Program-made: the position numbers and the translations under genes | The notes under the pieces: model-generated | Databases searched by the model: none | The model's input: the letters and a program-made list of their open reading frames with translations, nothing else | Told to the model about the DNA's origin: nothing | Shown: positions 10,201-17,844 of the stretch, in pieces | Position numbering within the stretch: the first letter of the stretch is position 1 | Layout: every line of letters begins with the position of its first letter | NCBI GenBank assembly: GCA_001189165.1 | Contig: LFCO01000001.1 | Coordinates: 221,592-285,591, forward strand | Reading direction: 5' to 3' | From: Parcubacteria bacterium C7867-005 | GTDB lineage: Bacteria > Patescibacteriota > Minisyncoccia > Phycocordibacterales > Zambryskibacteraceae | Length of the DNA: 64,000 bases

Positions 10201-10925
10201 TGATCTTCGATCTCTTTCTGAAGTTTAGCCAAATCTACTTCTTTGAGGATACTGTATATAGCTTCTGCTCCTATACTGGCTTCAAAGATAGTTGAATACT
10301 TCATAGAGAACCTGTGGTACTCAACTTCATCGAGCACACGGCCGAGTTCAATAGACTCTATGTCTTTCTTGGCACCGAGTGCGAGTTCCTTGAGTGCCTC
10401 TTTTGATTTTTCATCCTGTAGAGACTTTATCTTGGCTTTGAATTCTGAATCTAAATCTTTGAGTACTCTAGACTTTTCTGCTTCAGAAACTGAAGTGACG
10501 ATGTATCCTGCAAAATAAATAACCTTCTCCAAATCTGCCACTGGAATACCCATGACCAAAGAGATACGTGAAGGAACATTCTTTAGGAACCAAATGTGTG
10601 CAACTGGGCTCGCAAGTTCGATATGGCCCATCCTCTCTCTACGGACGATTGAACGAGTGATTTCTACTCCACATTTTTCACAGATTATTCCCTTGAACCT
10701 GATACCGCGGTATTTGCCACAGTAACACTCAAAGTCCTTGTCTGGACCAAAGATCTTCTCATCAAAGAGACCGTTTCGTTCACTTCTTTGAGTTCGATAG
10801 TTAATTGTTTCTGGCTTTGTGACTTCTCCATATGACCATTCTTTTATTCTCTCTGGCGAAGCAAGCTTGATCGAAATAAGATCAAAGTCGGTTGTGTCGA
10901 TGTTTTTGTTTCTTGGTGTGTTCAT
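7260..10925 (-). CDS. rpoC: DNA-directed RNA polymerase subunit beta'.
   Basis: 1221 aa. It has an NADFDGDQMAVH catalytic loop and zinc-binding cysteines CYCGKY...CEKCGVE. Confidence 0.98.
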   Translation of the reverse strand: MNTPRNKNIDTTDFDLISIKLASPERIKEWSYGEVTKPETINYRTQRSERNGLFDEKIFGPDKDFECYCGKYRGIRFKGIICEKCGVEITRSIVRRERMGHIELASPVAHIWFLKNVPSRISLVMGIPVADLEKVIYFAGYIVTSVSEAEKSRVLKDLDSEFKAKIKSLQDEKSKEALKELALGAKKDIESIELGRVLDEVEYHRFSMKYSTIFEASIGAEAIYSILKEVDLAKLQKEIEDQLEKAPSTELARLHKRSSTIQWMMRAGIRPEWMFLSRIPVIPPAIRPMVPLDGGRYATSDVNDLYRRVINRNNRLKKLMDISAPDVILRNEKRILQEAVDALIDNTIRHGTAAGNQSQRRPLKSLSDNLKGKRGLFRQNLLGKRVDYSGRSVIVVGPELKLHQCGLPKHMALELFKPFIISELLKRELAFNIPGARRLIEDAIPEVWAILEEIIRGKYVLLNRAPTLHRLGIQAFQPVLIEGNAIQLHPLVCTAFNADFDGDQMAVHVPLSDEAQAEARLIMAADKNILKPGNGEPVVSAKMLDIVLGSFWMTRMIPGEKGEDKYFSSPNAAITAHDFGAVSYRAKVHILPTDSEKYKAFDGKIFETTVGRLLFNSVLPSDYAFMNYEVDSRKMVDLVDDLIERYGIANIPAIIDRIKEFGFKYATHSGVTWGIDDVKIPEAKQGIIDKGRDKVRKVIDQYNDGLLSENERVQKSVEIWQSIKGEVEALIPATLGPKDSVYDMTYSKARGSLGNLNQMAGMKGIIQNVSGDALEFPILSCYKEGLTPLEYFITTHGSRKGLTDTALNTAKAGYLTRRLFDVAQDEIVSEEDCGTKEFTTISKKTASGIEIPLSKTLKGRFLANDVIDGKGSVLFKKGHFIHKKDAEIIDKAMVEAVDVRSPMTCKSLHGVCVKCYGADLGTNKVVELGEAVGTIAAQAIGEPGTQLTMRTFHSGGVASVAGDITAGLPRVEEIFEKRKPKNPASISHVDGTVTEIQVVGNERTIIITPDIGEAKTAKAKKLDNEYLVGPTRTLIVKVGSEVKKGEFLTDGSADLDELFRYAGKEKTENYIIHEVSKLYELQGAAVSHKHIELIVRQMFSRRKIRQSGGTQFTRGDVVEVSDYMESNESMKTAGTEESKGDSVIMGISEVSLSRSSFLSAASFQHTPRVLIQAAIRGAEDELIGLKENVIIGRMIPAGTGFKGGYKEKLICEEQSTPSKND

Positions 10926-10930
10926 GGTCT

Positions 10931-13900
10931 TTATTCGTTTATTGCTTTAACATCTTCGATCGGCTTTTTCTTTTTCTTTAGCTCAATATCTAGACCAAGA
11001 CCTCGAAGGTTATTAAGGAGAACGTTAAATGATGCCGGAGTGTTTGGTTCTGCGATCTTCTCTCCTTTCACTATGGCATCAAAGGCTGCAGAACGACCGA
11101 CGATATCGTCTGATTTGATGGTGAGCATCTCTCGTAGGGTATGACCTGCGCCATGACCAAGAAGTGCCCAAACTTCCATTTCTCCGAATCTCTGACCTCC
11201 GTTCTGTGCTTTACCTCCGAGTGGCTGTTGAGTGATGAGAGAGTAGGGTCCGATAGAACGCATATGAATCTTGTCTTCGACCATGTGGTGAAGTTTCAAG
11301 ATATACATGTAACCAATGGCTACATCCTGCTGAACTTCTTCTCCTGTCCTACCGTCAAATAGTTTGACCTTACCTGATTTATTGAATCCGGCTTTGACAA
11401 GCTCTTCTTTGATTTCTTCTTCAGAAGCTCCAGCAAATGGAGGGACAATGGCTTGGTAGTTTAATGTATGAGCTGCGAGACCGAGGTGCATTTCTAGAAT
11501 CTGTCCTAGGTTCATACGAGAAGGCACACCAAGTGGAGTGAGGATGATATCTATGGGGGTACCATCTGCCATGTATGGCATCTCTTCTACTGGAAGTATT
11601 CTTGAGATAACACCCTTGTTACCGTGTCTACCTGCAAGTTTGTCTCCGACTGATACATTTCTAAGTTCTGCTACTTGAATGTGAATTTGTTTGAGGATAC
11701 CTGAATCGAGTTTATCTCCCTTCTCTCTAGAGAAGATTTGAACCGAGATAACACGACCTCTCTTGCCCCCTTCCATTCGCTTAGACGTGTCTTTTACATC
11801 ACGAGCTTTTTCTCCGAACAAAGATCTGAGCAGACGTTCTTCTGGTGTAAGTTGTGATTCACCTTTTGGTGTGATCTTACCAACAAGGATGTCACCTGGA
11901 CGGACCTCTGCACCTACTCGGATGATACCGTCTTCTGCAAGGTTCCTTAGTTTGCCCTCACCGACGTTAGGGATGTCGCAAGTAGTAACTTCGGGACCAA
12001 GTTTGGTATCTCGAACATTGATAGTGAAATCTTCGATGTGTACTGAAGTGAATTTAGATTCTTTGACCAATCTTTCTGAAAGGATGATGGCGTCTTCATA
12101 GTTCGCTCCTGACCAAGACATGAATGCGACGAGAATGTTCTGTCCGAGCGCCATCTGTCCGTGTTCTGATGAAGACGTGTCTGCGAGGACATCTCCCTTC
12201 TTCACTTTCTGTCCAACTTCTACTGCTGGCCTTTGATGGAAAGCGGTAAAGCCGTTAGTCATCGAGAAGGTCACGAGTTTGAATTCGTGTTCTTTGCCTT
12301 TTGTGTCAGTGAGAATTATTTTCTTTCCATCCGCGTAAGTAACTGTGCCCGCCTCTGGTGCGATGACGAGACGACCGATATCTCTAGCTGCCTTTTCTTC
12401 TATACCTGTAGCCACGAGTGGAGCCTCGGGGATAATACAAGGAGTACCTTGCTTTTGCATGTTAGAGCCCATCAATGCTCGGTTTGCATCATCGTGGTTT
12501 AGGAATGGGATCATCGATGTCACCACTGAAAATGCTTGGTTTGTAGCCACGTCTATAAAATCAACCTTGTCTCTTGTGACTGTGACTGGAGTACCCTTGG
12601 TTCGTACTTCTACGATATCAGGGGTGATACGGCCACTTTCGTCAGTTGGAGTTGCGCCATGAGCAATGTTGAAATTCTCTTCTTCTAGGGCGTTTAAGAA
12701 TTTGATCTCATTTGTGATCTTGCCATTTTTGATTACCGCGTATGGAGTTTCAATCATGCCGAAATCGTTCACACGAGCGTAAGACGCGAGGCGCAAAATA
12801 AGACCGATGTTTGGACCTTCTGGGGTTTGGATTGGACAGAGACGACCGTAGTGCGAAGGGTGCACGTCACGAACCTCATATCCTGCACGAGCACGATTTA
12901 AACCTCCAGGACCAAGGGCTGAAAGGGTTCGTAGGTGTTCAAGCTCTTCGAGTGCGTTCGTCTGTTGCATGAACTGTGAGAGCTGGTTTGTGGTAAAGAA
13001 CTCTTTCATACGAGCCTGAAGTGGTTTTGGAGAAATGAACTGAACAGGGAGAGTGACATCTGTATCTATAGTAGACATCCTGTTCTGGATGTTTCTCTTG
13101 ATCTGGGCCATACCCACACGGATCTTCTGTTGGAAAAGTTCGCCAACATATCTGACTCGTCTTGATCCGAGGTGGTCTATGTCATCCTCAGTTGAACCTG
13201 GAGTAGAGTTGAGGTGTGCGATGTGGGAGATTATATGAACAAGATCCTCTATAGATAGAGTCCTGCGTTCAATCTCTTTTGCTGTTTCTTTGATACCAAA
13301 ACGATTGTTGAATCTGAAACGACCAACACGAGAAAGGTCATATCTCTCTGAATCGAAAATAGATTTGACGAACTCACGTGCGTTATCTGCAGATGCCAGG
13401 TCACCATCCCTGAGTCTCTTATGAATCTCTATGGCTGCATCTTCTACGCCGATAGTATGATCCTTGGCCAATGTCTTTTCTATAAAGTGCTTGGCTTCTG
13501 GTTGGCCCTTGAATAGAGCGAGGATTTTGTCATTTGTTGATTCACCGAACGCACGAAGAAGAACAGAGACGGGGAACTTTCTCTTGCGATCAATGCGTAC
13601 AAAAATAGTACCGTCTAGGTCTGTCTCAAACTCGATCCATGCGCCACGTCCAGGAATCACTTTGGCACCAAAGGTCTTTTTACCCTTTAGTTCTTGTGAA
13701 GTGAAGAAAACACCGAAAGAACGAGCAAGTTGTGGCACAACAACACGTTCGATACCAGAGATGATGAATGTACCGTGTGAAGTCATAAGAGGGAAATCGG
13801 CCATAAAAATCTCCTGTTCCTTCTCTGTCTTCATGATAAAGTTCTTCAACCTGATACGCACCTTCAAAGGAGCCTCATAAGAGAGCTTGTTGTCCTTGGC

Positions 13901-14158
13901 CTCATATTCATCGAACTTTGGTTTGTCTAATTCAAAACCGACGAAATCCAATTGGAACTTTCTTTCTGAAAAATCTTTGATTGAAGAAAATTCTTCGAAA
14001 ACTTCTTTCAATCCTTTCTCTACGAGCCACTTGAACGAATCAACCTGAGAGACAACCAGATCTGGCATCTCTGTCAACGGTTCTCTAAACTTACCGAAAT
14101 ACTTTTTCTCTCTTGCACCTGACTTAGTTGTGTGGGCGGGCATATGATAGAAAATCAA
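10931..14158 (-). CDS. rpoB: DNA-directed RNA polymerase subunit beta.
   Basis: 1075 aa. It has conserved RpoB blocks including GEMEVWAL, and a short linker to rpoC. Confidence 0.98.
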   Translation of the reverse strand: MIFYHMPAHTTKSGAREKKYFGKFREPLTEMPDLVVSQVDSFKWLVEKGLKEVFEEFSSIKDFSERKFQLDFVGFELDKPKFDEYEAKDNKLSYEAPLKVRIRLKNFIMKTEKEQEIFMADFPLMTSHGTFIISGIERVVVPQLARSFGVFFTSQELKGKKTFGAKVIPGRGAWIEFETDLDGTIFVRIDRKRKFPVSVLLRAFGESTNDKILALFKGQPEAKHFIEKTLAKDHTIGVEDAAIEIHKRLRDGDLASADNAREFVKSIFDSERYDLSRVGRFRFNNRFGIKETAKEIERRTLSIEDLVHIISHIAHLNSTPGSTEDDIDHLGSRRVRYVGELFQQKIRVGMAQIKRNIQNRMSTIDTDVTLPVQFISPKPLQARMKEFFTTNQLSQFMQQTNALEELEHLRTLSALGPGGLNRARAGYEVRDVHPSHYGRLCPIQTPEGPNIGLILRLASYARVNDFGMIETPYAVIKNGKITNEIKFLNALEEENFNIAHGATPTDESGRITPDIVEVRTKGTPVTVTRDKVDFIDVATNQAFSVVTSMIPFLNHDDANRALMGSNMQKQGTPCIIPEAPLVATGIEEKAARDIGRLVIAPEAGTVTYADGKKIILTDTKGKEHEFKLVTFSMTNGFTAFHQRPAVEVGQKVKKGDVLADTSSSEHGQMALGQNILVAFMSWSGANYEDAIILSERLVKESKFTSVHIEDFTINVRDTKLGPEVTTCDIPNVGEGKLRNLAEDGIIRVGAEVRPGDILVGKITPKGESQLTPEERLLRSLFGEKARDVKDTSKRMEGGKRGRVISVQIFSREKGDKLDSGILKQIHIQVAELRNVSVGDKLAGRHGNKGVISRILPVEEMPYMADGTPIDIILTPLGVPSRMNLGQILEMHLGLAAHTLNYQAIVPPFAGASEEEIKEELVKAGFNKSGKVKLFDGRTGEEVQQDVAIGYMYILKLHHMVEDKIHMRSIGPYSLITQQPLGGKAQNGGQRFGEMEVWALLGHGAGHTLREMLTIKSDDIVGRSAAFDAIVKGEKIAEPNTPASFNVLLNNLRGLGLDIELKKKKKPIEDVKAINE

Positions 14159-14339
14159 GCACTCGCGGGCTTTTCGGCTCGTGCTTTTTTATAAAATTAA
14201 ACTATTAAGCAAAACGGAACTTTTAAACAAATCGCCTTGTTTTTCCCCTTTTTGCTTCGATTTGGTCGTAACTAAATCGTATTCGAAGTTATCGCAGAGT
14301 ATATATAAGACACTGTAACCTGTCAATCCCCTTATCCAC

Positions 14340-14660
14340 AAGAAAACCGCCCTAGAGCGGTCTGGGGTCACCTTTGCGGAGGCAGGCTGCTGAACGTCGC
14401 CCGCAGCACTGTCTCAAGCGTGGCTGCCCCCTTGAAGGGTGATGGACCCATCTTGGCACTGAGGTCCACTTCCGATGCGGTGGTGGGTCCAATGTATAAA
14501 CCCCCACATACGAATCGAAAGGTACTACCCTTCCCCGTACCCTCTGATTCTGCACCGGAACTGATGACAACACCGACCTTGTTCAAACACATCGTGTTGG
14601 TACTCATCTGCCCTCCGGTGAAAGGGTTGGTCCTGATAATATTGTACCAGAGAACAGTGC
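14340..14660 (-). ncRNA. Candidate structured RNA or cis-regulatory leader upstream of rpoB. The region is GC-rich (~58%), highly self-complementary and has no convincing ORF. The class is unknown.
   Basis: There are multiple nested complementary segments. These include caccgga/tccggtg, ggaccca/tgggtcc, gctgc/gcagc and ggtac/gtacc. A weak hairpin plus T-run lies at the 3' end on the minus strand (accgc tctagg gcggt tttct). The surrounding DNA is ~35% GC. Confidence 0.3.
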
Positions 14661-14668
14661 ACGATTAT

Positions 14669-15676
14669 CTACCTAGGTAAAGAAAACTCACCTTCAAACA
14701 ACACTCTCTTTTTGTGTTCAGCTGATAACTTGGAGGTTATCACGTCCATAGCATCATCAAAAGAATTCTCTTCTGGGAAATACAACTTTGATTTAAGCAT
14801 CTCTATGCCTATTATCTTGTAAGTAACTCGGTCGTCTGAGAGTACCAACCTCACTGTCAAACCCTGCCTAGTCTCTAAAGAAAAATCTTGATCAAAAATA
14901 AAGTTGCCAAGTGAATAGAAAATTGCCTTGTTTTTATAGATCTCTATTGGCTGTATGACATGCGGATGTGTACCAATAATGAGGTCGGCACCCGAATCAA
15001 CAAAAACATATCCCTTCTCTCTCTGGCTCTTACTTTCTTTTGTCGAATATTCTACGCCCCAATGAGCCAGAACAATCGTAAAGTCACATTCTGATTCGAT
15101 CGTCTGTATCTCTCTGACCGTGCTATCTATGTTCGGATTATAAAGTTCGTGATAACCAACAAAACAAACATATTCGTCTTTAATATTTACCCTCCTAGAC
15201 TGATTCTCATTATTCAAAACTGAACCAAAAGAGAAAATGCCTTCCTCGCCCAAATTATTTATAGTTTCCTCATACCCCTCTTCTCCAAAATCATATGCAT
15301 GATTGTTCGCAAGGCTCACACCATCAAATCCAAGAGATAGAAGGCTCGTGGCTACAGACGGATCAAATGTGAACCTTAAAATTTTATTGTTCTTTATAGC
15401 TATGGATTCGTTCTCTGTTATAGTCCCCTCCAAGTTACCTATGGTTAGATCCAGATCATCGAACAAACTTTTGACATCTGCGATCAGATACTCGAAACCC
15501 TGTTTCTCAGCGACTCTCCTAACATTCCTGTCTAGCATCATATCTCCTACGAAAAGGATCTCTGCACTACTCTCATGCAAAAAGCTATTTTGTGCCTGGT
15601 AAATTAACGTAGATGTCCTCCCGGATACAGCAACACCTAAACCAAGAACAATTAGTATTAGGATCAAAAGTCTCAT
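14669..15676 (-). CDS. CapA/PgsA-family metallophosphoesterase, the poly-gamma-glutamate capsule biosynthesis protein family.
   Basis: It has a signal/TM N-terminus and the motifs GNHAYDFG, AHWGVEY and GTHPHVIQP. Confidence 0.75.
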   Translation of the reverse strand: MRLLILILIVLGLGVAVSGRTSTLIYQAQNSFLHESSAEILFVGDMMLDRNVRRVAEKQGFEYLIADVKSLFDDLDLTIGNLEGTITENESIAIKNNKILRFTFDPSVATSLLSLGFDGVSLANNHAYDFGEEGYEETINNLGEEGIFSFGSVLNNENQSRRVNIKDEYVCFVGYHELYNPNIDSTVREIQTIESECDFTIVLAHWGVEYSTKESKSQREKGYVFVDSGADLIIGTHPHVIQPIEIYKNKAIFYSLGNFIFDQDFSLETRQGLTVRLVLSDDRVTYKIIGIEMLKSKLYFPEENSFDDAMDVITSKLSAEHKKRVLFEGEFSLPR

Positions 15677-16311
15677 AGCTTTTTATTTGAATATTCTTCG
15701 AAAACATTTCTTAATTCTTGCTTCATAGACTCATCGATTTCTACAGTTAATTTCTTGCTGCCGGTCAAACTATACGCATGGCATTCATCGAGCAGAACCT
15801 CTTCATGATATCCACCGCGGGACCGCAACCAGTCCTTCAGATCATCTAGGTTGTATTTCTCTAATATTTTTAAAACCTTCTCTCTGTAGACTGGCTCAGT
15901 GTAAAACAGTCCATGTGCAGTCTCGTGTTCTAGATAAAGAATATTCTGTGTCCCATCATGTTTGTCATATATCCCCAGGACATAGAACGGATGTTCATGC
16001 TCCTTAAACAAAGAGAGCAGGCTCTGTTCCTCGGTTGTTAAAGGGTCGAACTTATTTTCGTAGAATGGTTTGAGAACATACGAAGGTATATTGAAACCAC
16101 TCCAGTCAGAATAGTAGGTAAAGCTTCCTTTCAGCTTCGTATACCAATCTTTGTATTCGTCCAAGCTGAAAATCTTACCTCTGAATTCTGGTGATTCGTA
16201 ATGTTCCTGAAACCTCAAAAACGTAGAGGTTAGGTCTAGTTGCGTCTCAAATTCAAGAAGAAAAATATTCTTCAAGACTTCTGACTTTTTTATTTTCTTT
16301 TCTTTTTCCAT
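15673..16311 (-). CDS. Hypothetical protein with an HExxH motif (HETAH). It is a putative zinc metallohydrolase.
   Basis: LEHETAHGLFY and a downstream DECHAY. It has no recognised family. Confidence 0.4.
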   Translation of the reverse strand: MEKEKKIKKSEVLKNIFLLEFETQLDLTSTFLRFQEHYESPEFRGKIFSLDEYKDWYTKLKGSFTYYSDWSGFNIPSYVLKPFYENKFDPLTTEEQSLLSLFKEHEHPFYVLGIYDKHDGTQNILYLEHETAHGLFYTEPVYREKVLKILEKYNLDDLKDWLRSRGGYHEEVLLDECHAYSLTGSKKLTVEIDESMKQELRNVFEEYSNKKL

Positions 16312-16985
16312 TCTTCGATTTTGGCTTGGTGACCAGACAGGAGCACTTTGGGCACGGAGTATTTTTTGCCTTTATGTACGAATGATTCTGGTCTGGTGTA
16401 CACCTCGGATGAGGAGATTCTTCTTTCTTCGACTGAGTCAAAATTACCCAACACGCCCTCTACCTGACGGGCGACAACGTCGATGATGAGCATGGCTGGC
16501 AGTTCTCCGCCGGTTAATACAAAAGGTCCAATAGAAATGTCTTCTGTTTTAAAAATCTTTTTCACTCGGGCATCTATACCTTCGTATCTACCAGAAATGA
16601 TAACGATGTCCGTGTGTTTAGAAGCAATTCTCTCTGCGTATTGATTCGTAAATTGTTTACCATTTGGGGACAAGAAAATGATTTTCACATTCTTTTTCTT
16701 ACCCACCGCCTTCTCTATAGCCTTCACCACCGGCTCTGCTTGGATCACCATCCCCGGACCGCCTCCATACGGTGCACGATCGACACGAGCAAATTTATCT
16801 TTGGTAAAATTTCTTGGATTATAAAAGGAAACTTTTATTTTCTTGTCTTCTATGGCACGTTTTAATATCGACTCACCTAAATATGAATCAAAACTTTTCT
16901 CAAAAAGGGTGATGATATGAAAATGCATAAAGCTCGGAGCTTGCCCCGGACGACTAGTCCAGGTTGAGATCCTCCATCGCCTCAT
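16290..16985 (-). CDS. trmD: tRNA (guanine37-N1)-methyltransferase.
   Basis: SPOUT-fold motifs: HFHIITLFP-like N-terminus, GRYEGIDARV and VLTGGELPAM. Confidence 0.93.
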   Translation of the reverse strand: MRRWRISTWTSRPGQAPSFMHFHIITLFEKSFDSYLGESILKRAIEDKKIKVSFYNPRNFTKDKFARVDRAPYGGGPGMVIQAEPVVKAIEKAVGKKKNVKIIFLSPNGKQFTNQYAERIASKHTDIVIISGRYEGIDARVKKIFKTEDISIGPFVLTGGELPAMLIIDVVARQVEGVLGNFDSVEERRISSSEVYTRPESFVHKGKKYSVPKVLLSGHQAKIEEWKKKRK

Positions 16986-17301
16986 CTACGGTCTTGGTCG
17001 CATTCATCACTGGAGCGGGGCTGTGGGAGTAAGATTCTCTGGGAGTTGACCCTGCGGGTTCGTTTATTTTCAAATTCACACGAGCATTGTTCTTCATACC
17101 CACTACACGGAGGAGGATGCGGATAGCCTTGGCTGTGTTGCCTGAACGACCGATCACCTTTCCCATATCATCCGGATGCACATCGAGGGTCATGAGGACA
17201 CCCATCTCATCCACCGTCCTCTTTATCTTCACATCATTTGGATGCTCTACCAATGCCTTCACTACGTATTCTAAAAATTGTGTATCGTCTACCATAATCA
17301 A
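16954..17301 (-). CDS. KH-domain RNA-binding protein (YlqC/UPF0109-like).
   Basis: GKVIGRSGNTAKAIRILL KH motif. Its position between rpsP and trmD is the conserved synteny. Confidence 0.8.
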   Translation of the reverse strand: MIMVDDTQFLEYVVKALVEHPNDVKIKRTVDEMGVLMTLDVHPDDMGKVIGRSGNTAKAIRILLRVVGMKNNARVNLKINEPAGSTPRESYSHSPAPVMNATKTVDEAMEDLNLD

Positions 17302-17364
17302 ATCAGTTAAGGATAATCTGGAATACTCACAAGGAGTGAGTTGGGTGGTGTTTGGTACCCCGTT

Positions 17365-17844
17365 TTATTGTACCACTTCTTCTGCGGCTGGCTCGGCTGG
17401 AGTTTCTGCGGGAGTCTCTACTGCTGATGCTTCTTCAATAACCGGAGTCTCCTCGACTGAAGCAACCGCTTCTTCTACAACAGGTTCTGGAGCTTTGGCT
17501 TCTTCTTTTGGAGCTTCTACCACTGGCTTAACCTCTGCCTTTGGTTCTTCGGCTACTACCTCTTTCACTATGGGGGTCTTCTTTGGAAGGACGTTTATTT
17601 TCTTGGCATCGATAATTTTGTGGGTCACAAATAGGTTATGAACAGATCCTGTGAGGGCGATACCCTGTGATAACCAGTGTTTAATACGATCAGCTTTGAA
17701 AGCATCTGTCTTCTTGCGGGGGTCGTATGAGCCTAGAATCTCCTTATAGCGACCAGATTTAGTACTGTTCTTTGAGTCGGTCAAAACAAGACGAAAAGCT
17801 GTCTCGTGTTTGCGTCCTACTCTCTGAAGTCTCATTTTAAGCAT
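17365..17844 (-). CDS. rpsP: 30S ribosomal protein S16 with an A/E/P/V-rich C-terminal low-complexity extension.
   Basis: MLKMRLQRVGRKHETAFRLVLTDSKNS N-terminus. The C-terminus reads PKAEVKPVVEAPKEEAKAPEPVVEE. Confidence 0.93.
   Translation of the reverse strand: MLKMRLQRVGRKHETAFRLVLTDSKNSTKSGRYKEILGSYDPRKKTDAFKADRIKHWLSQGIALTGSVHNLFVTHKIIDAKKINVLPKKTPIVKEVVAEEPKAEVKPVVEAPKEEAKAPEPVVEEAVASVEETPVIEEASAVETPAETPAEPAAEEVVQ

Noticed and set aside
14159-14195. GC hairpin plus T-run (agcactcgcgggcttttcggctcgtgctttttt) just upstream of the rpoB start.
   Set aside because: The stem is imperfect, and the T-run is on the strand opposite to the flanking genes. It may be a leader structure or bidirectional element, but the evidence is too weak to call.
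14330-14660. Tried to assign the GC-rich structured element to tmRNA, RNase P RNA or SRP RNA.
   Set aside because: There is no GGGG...CCA tRNA-like ends or tag-peptide reading frame for tmRNA. The RNase P universal AGGAAAGUCCGG and ACAGAA.CCGGCUUA blocks are absent on either strand. The SRP helix-8 GGAAGGAAGCAGC motif is absent. It is left unclassified.
14352-14680. Short ORFs (73, 79, 86 aa) inside the GC-rich rpoB-upstream element.
   Set aside because: They overlap each other in different frames and have Arg/Pro/Gly-rich, random-looking composition. The 79-aa minus-strand ORF ending just before the hairpin is kept only as an alternative hypothesis within the finding.
17087-17641. 184-aa plus-strand ORF rich in Ser/Thr/Ala opposite rpsP and the KH gene.
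   Set aside because: It is an antisense shadow ORF of the Ala/Glu/Pro-rich S16 tail. It overlaps two well-supported genes.
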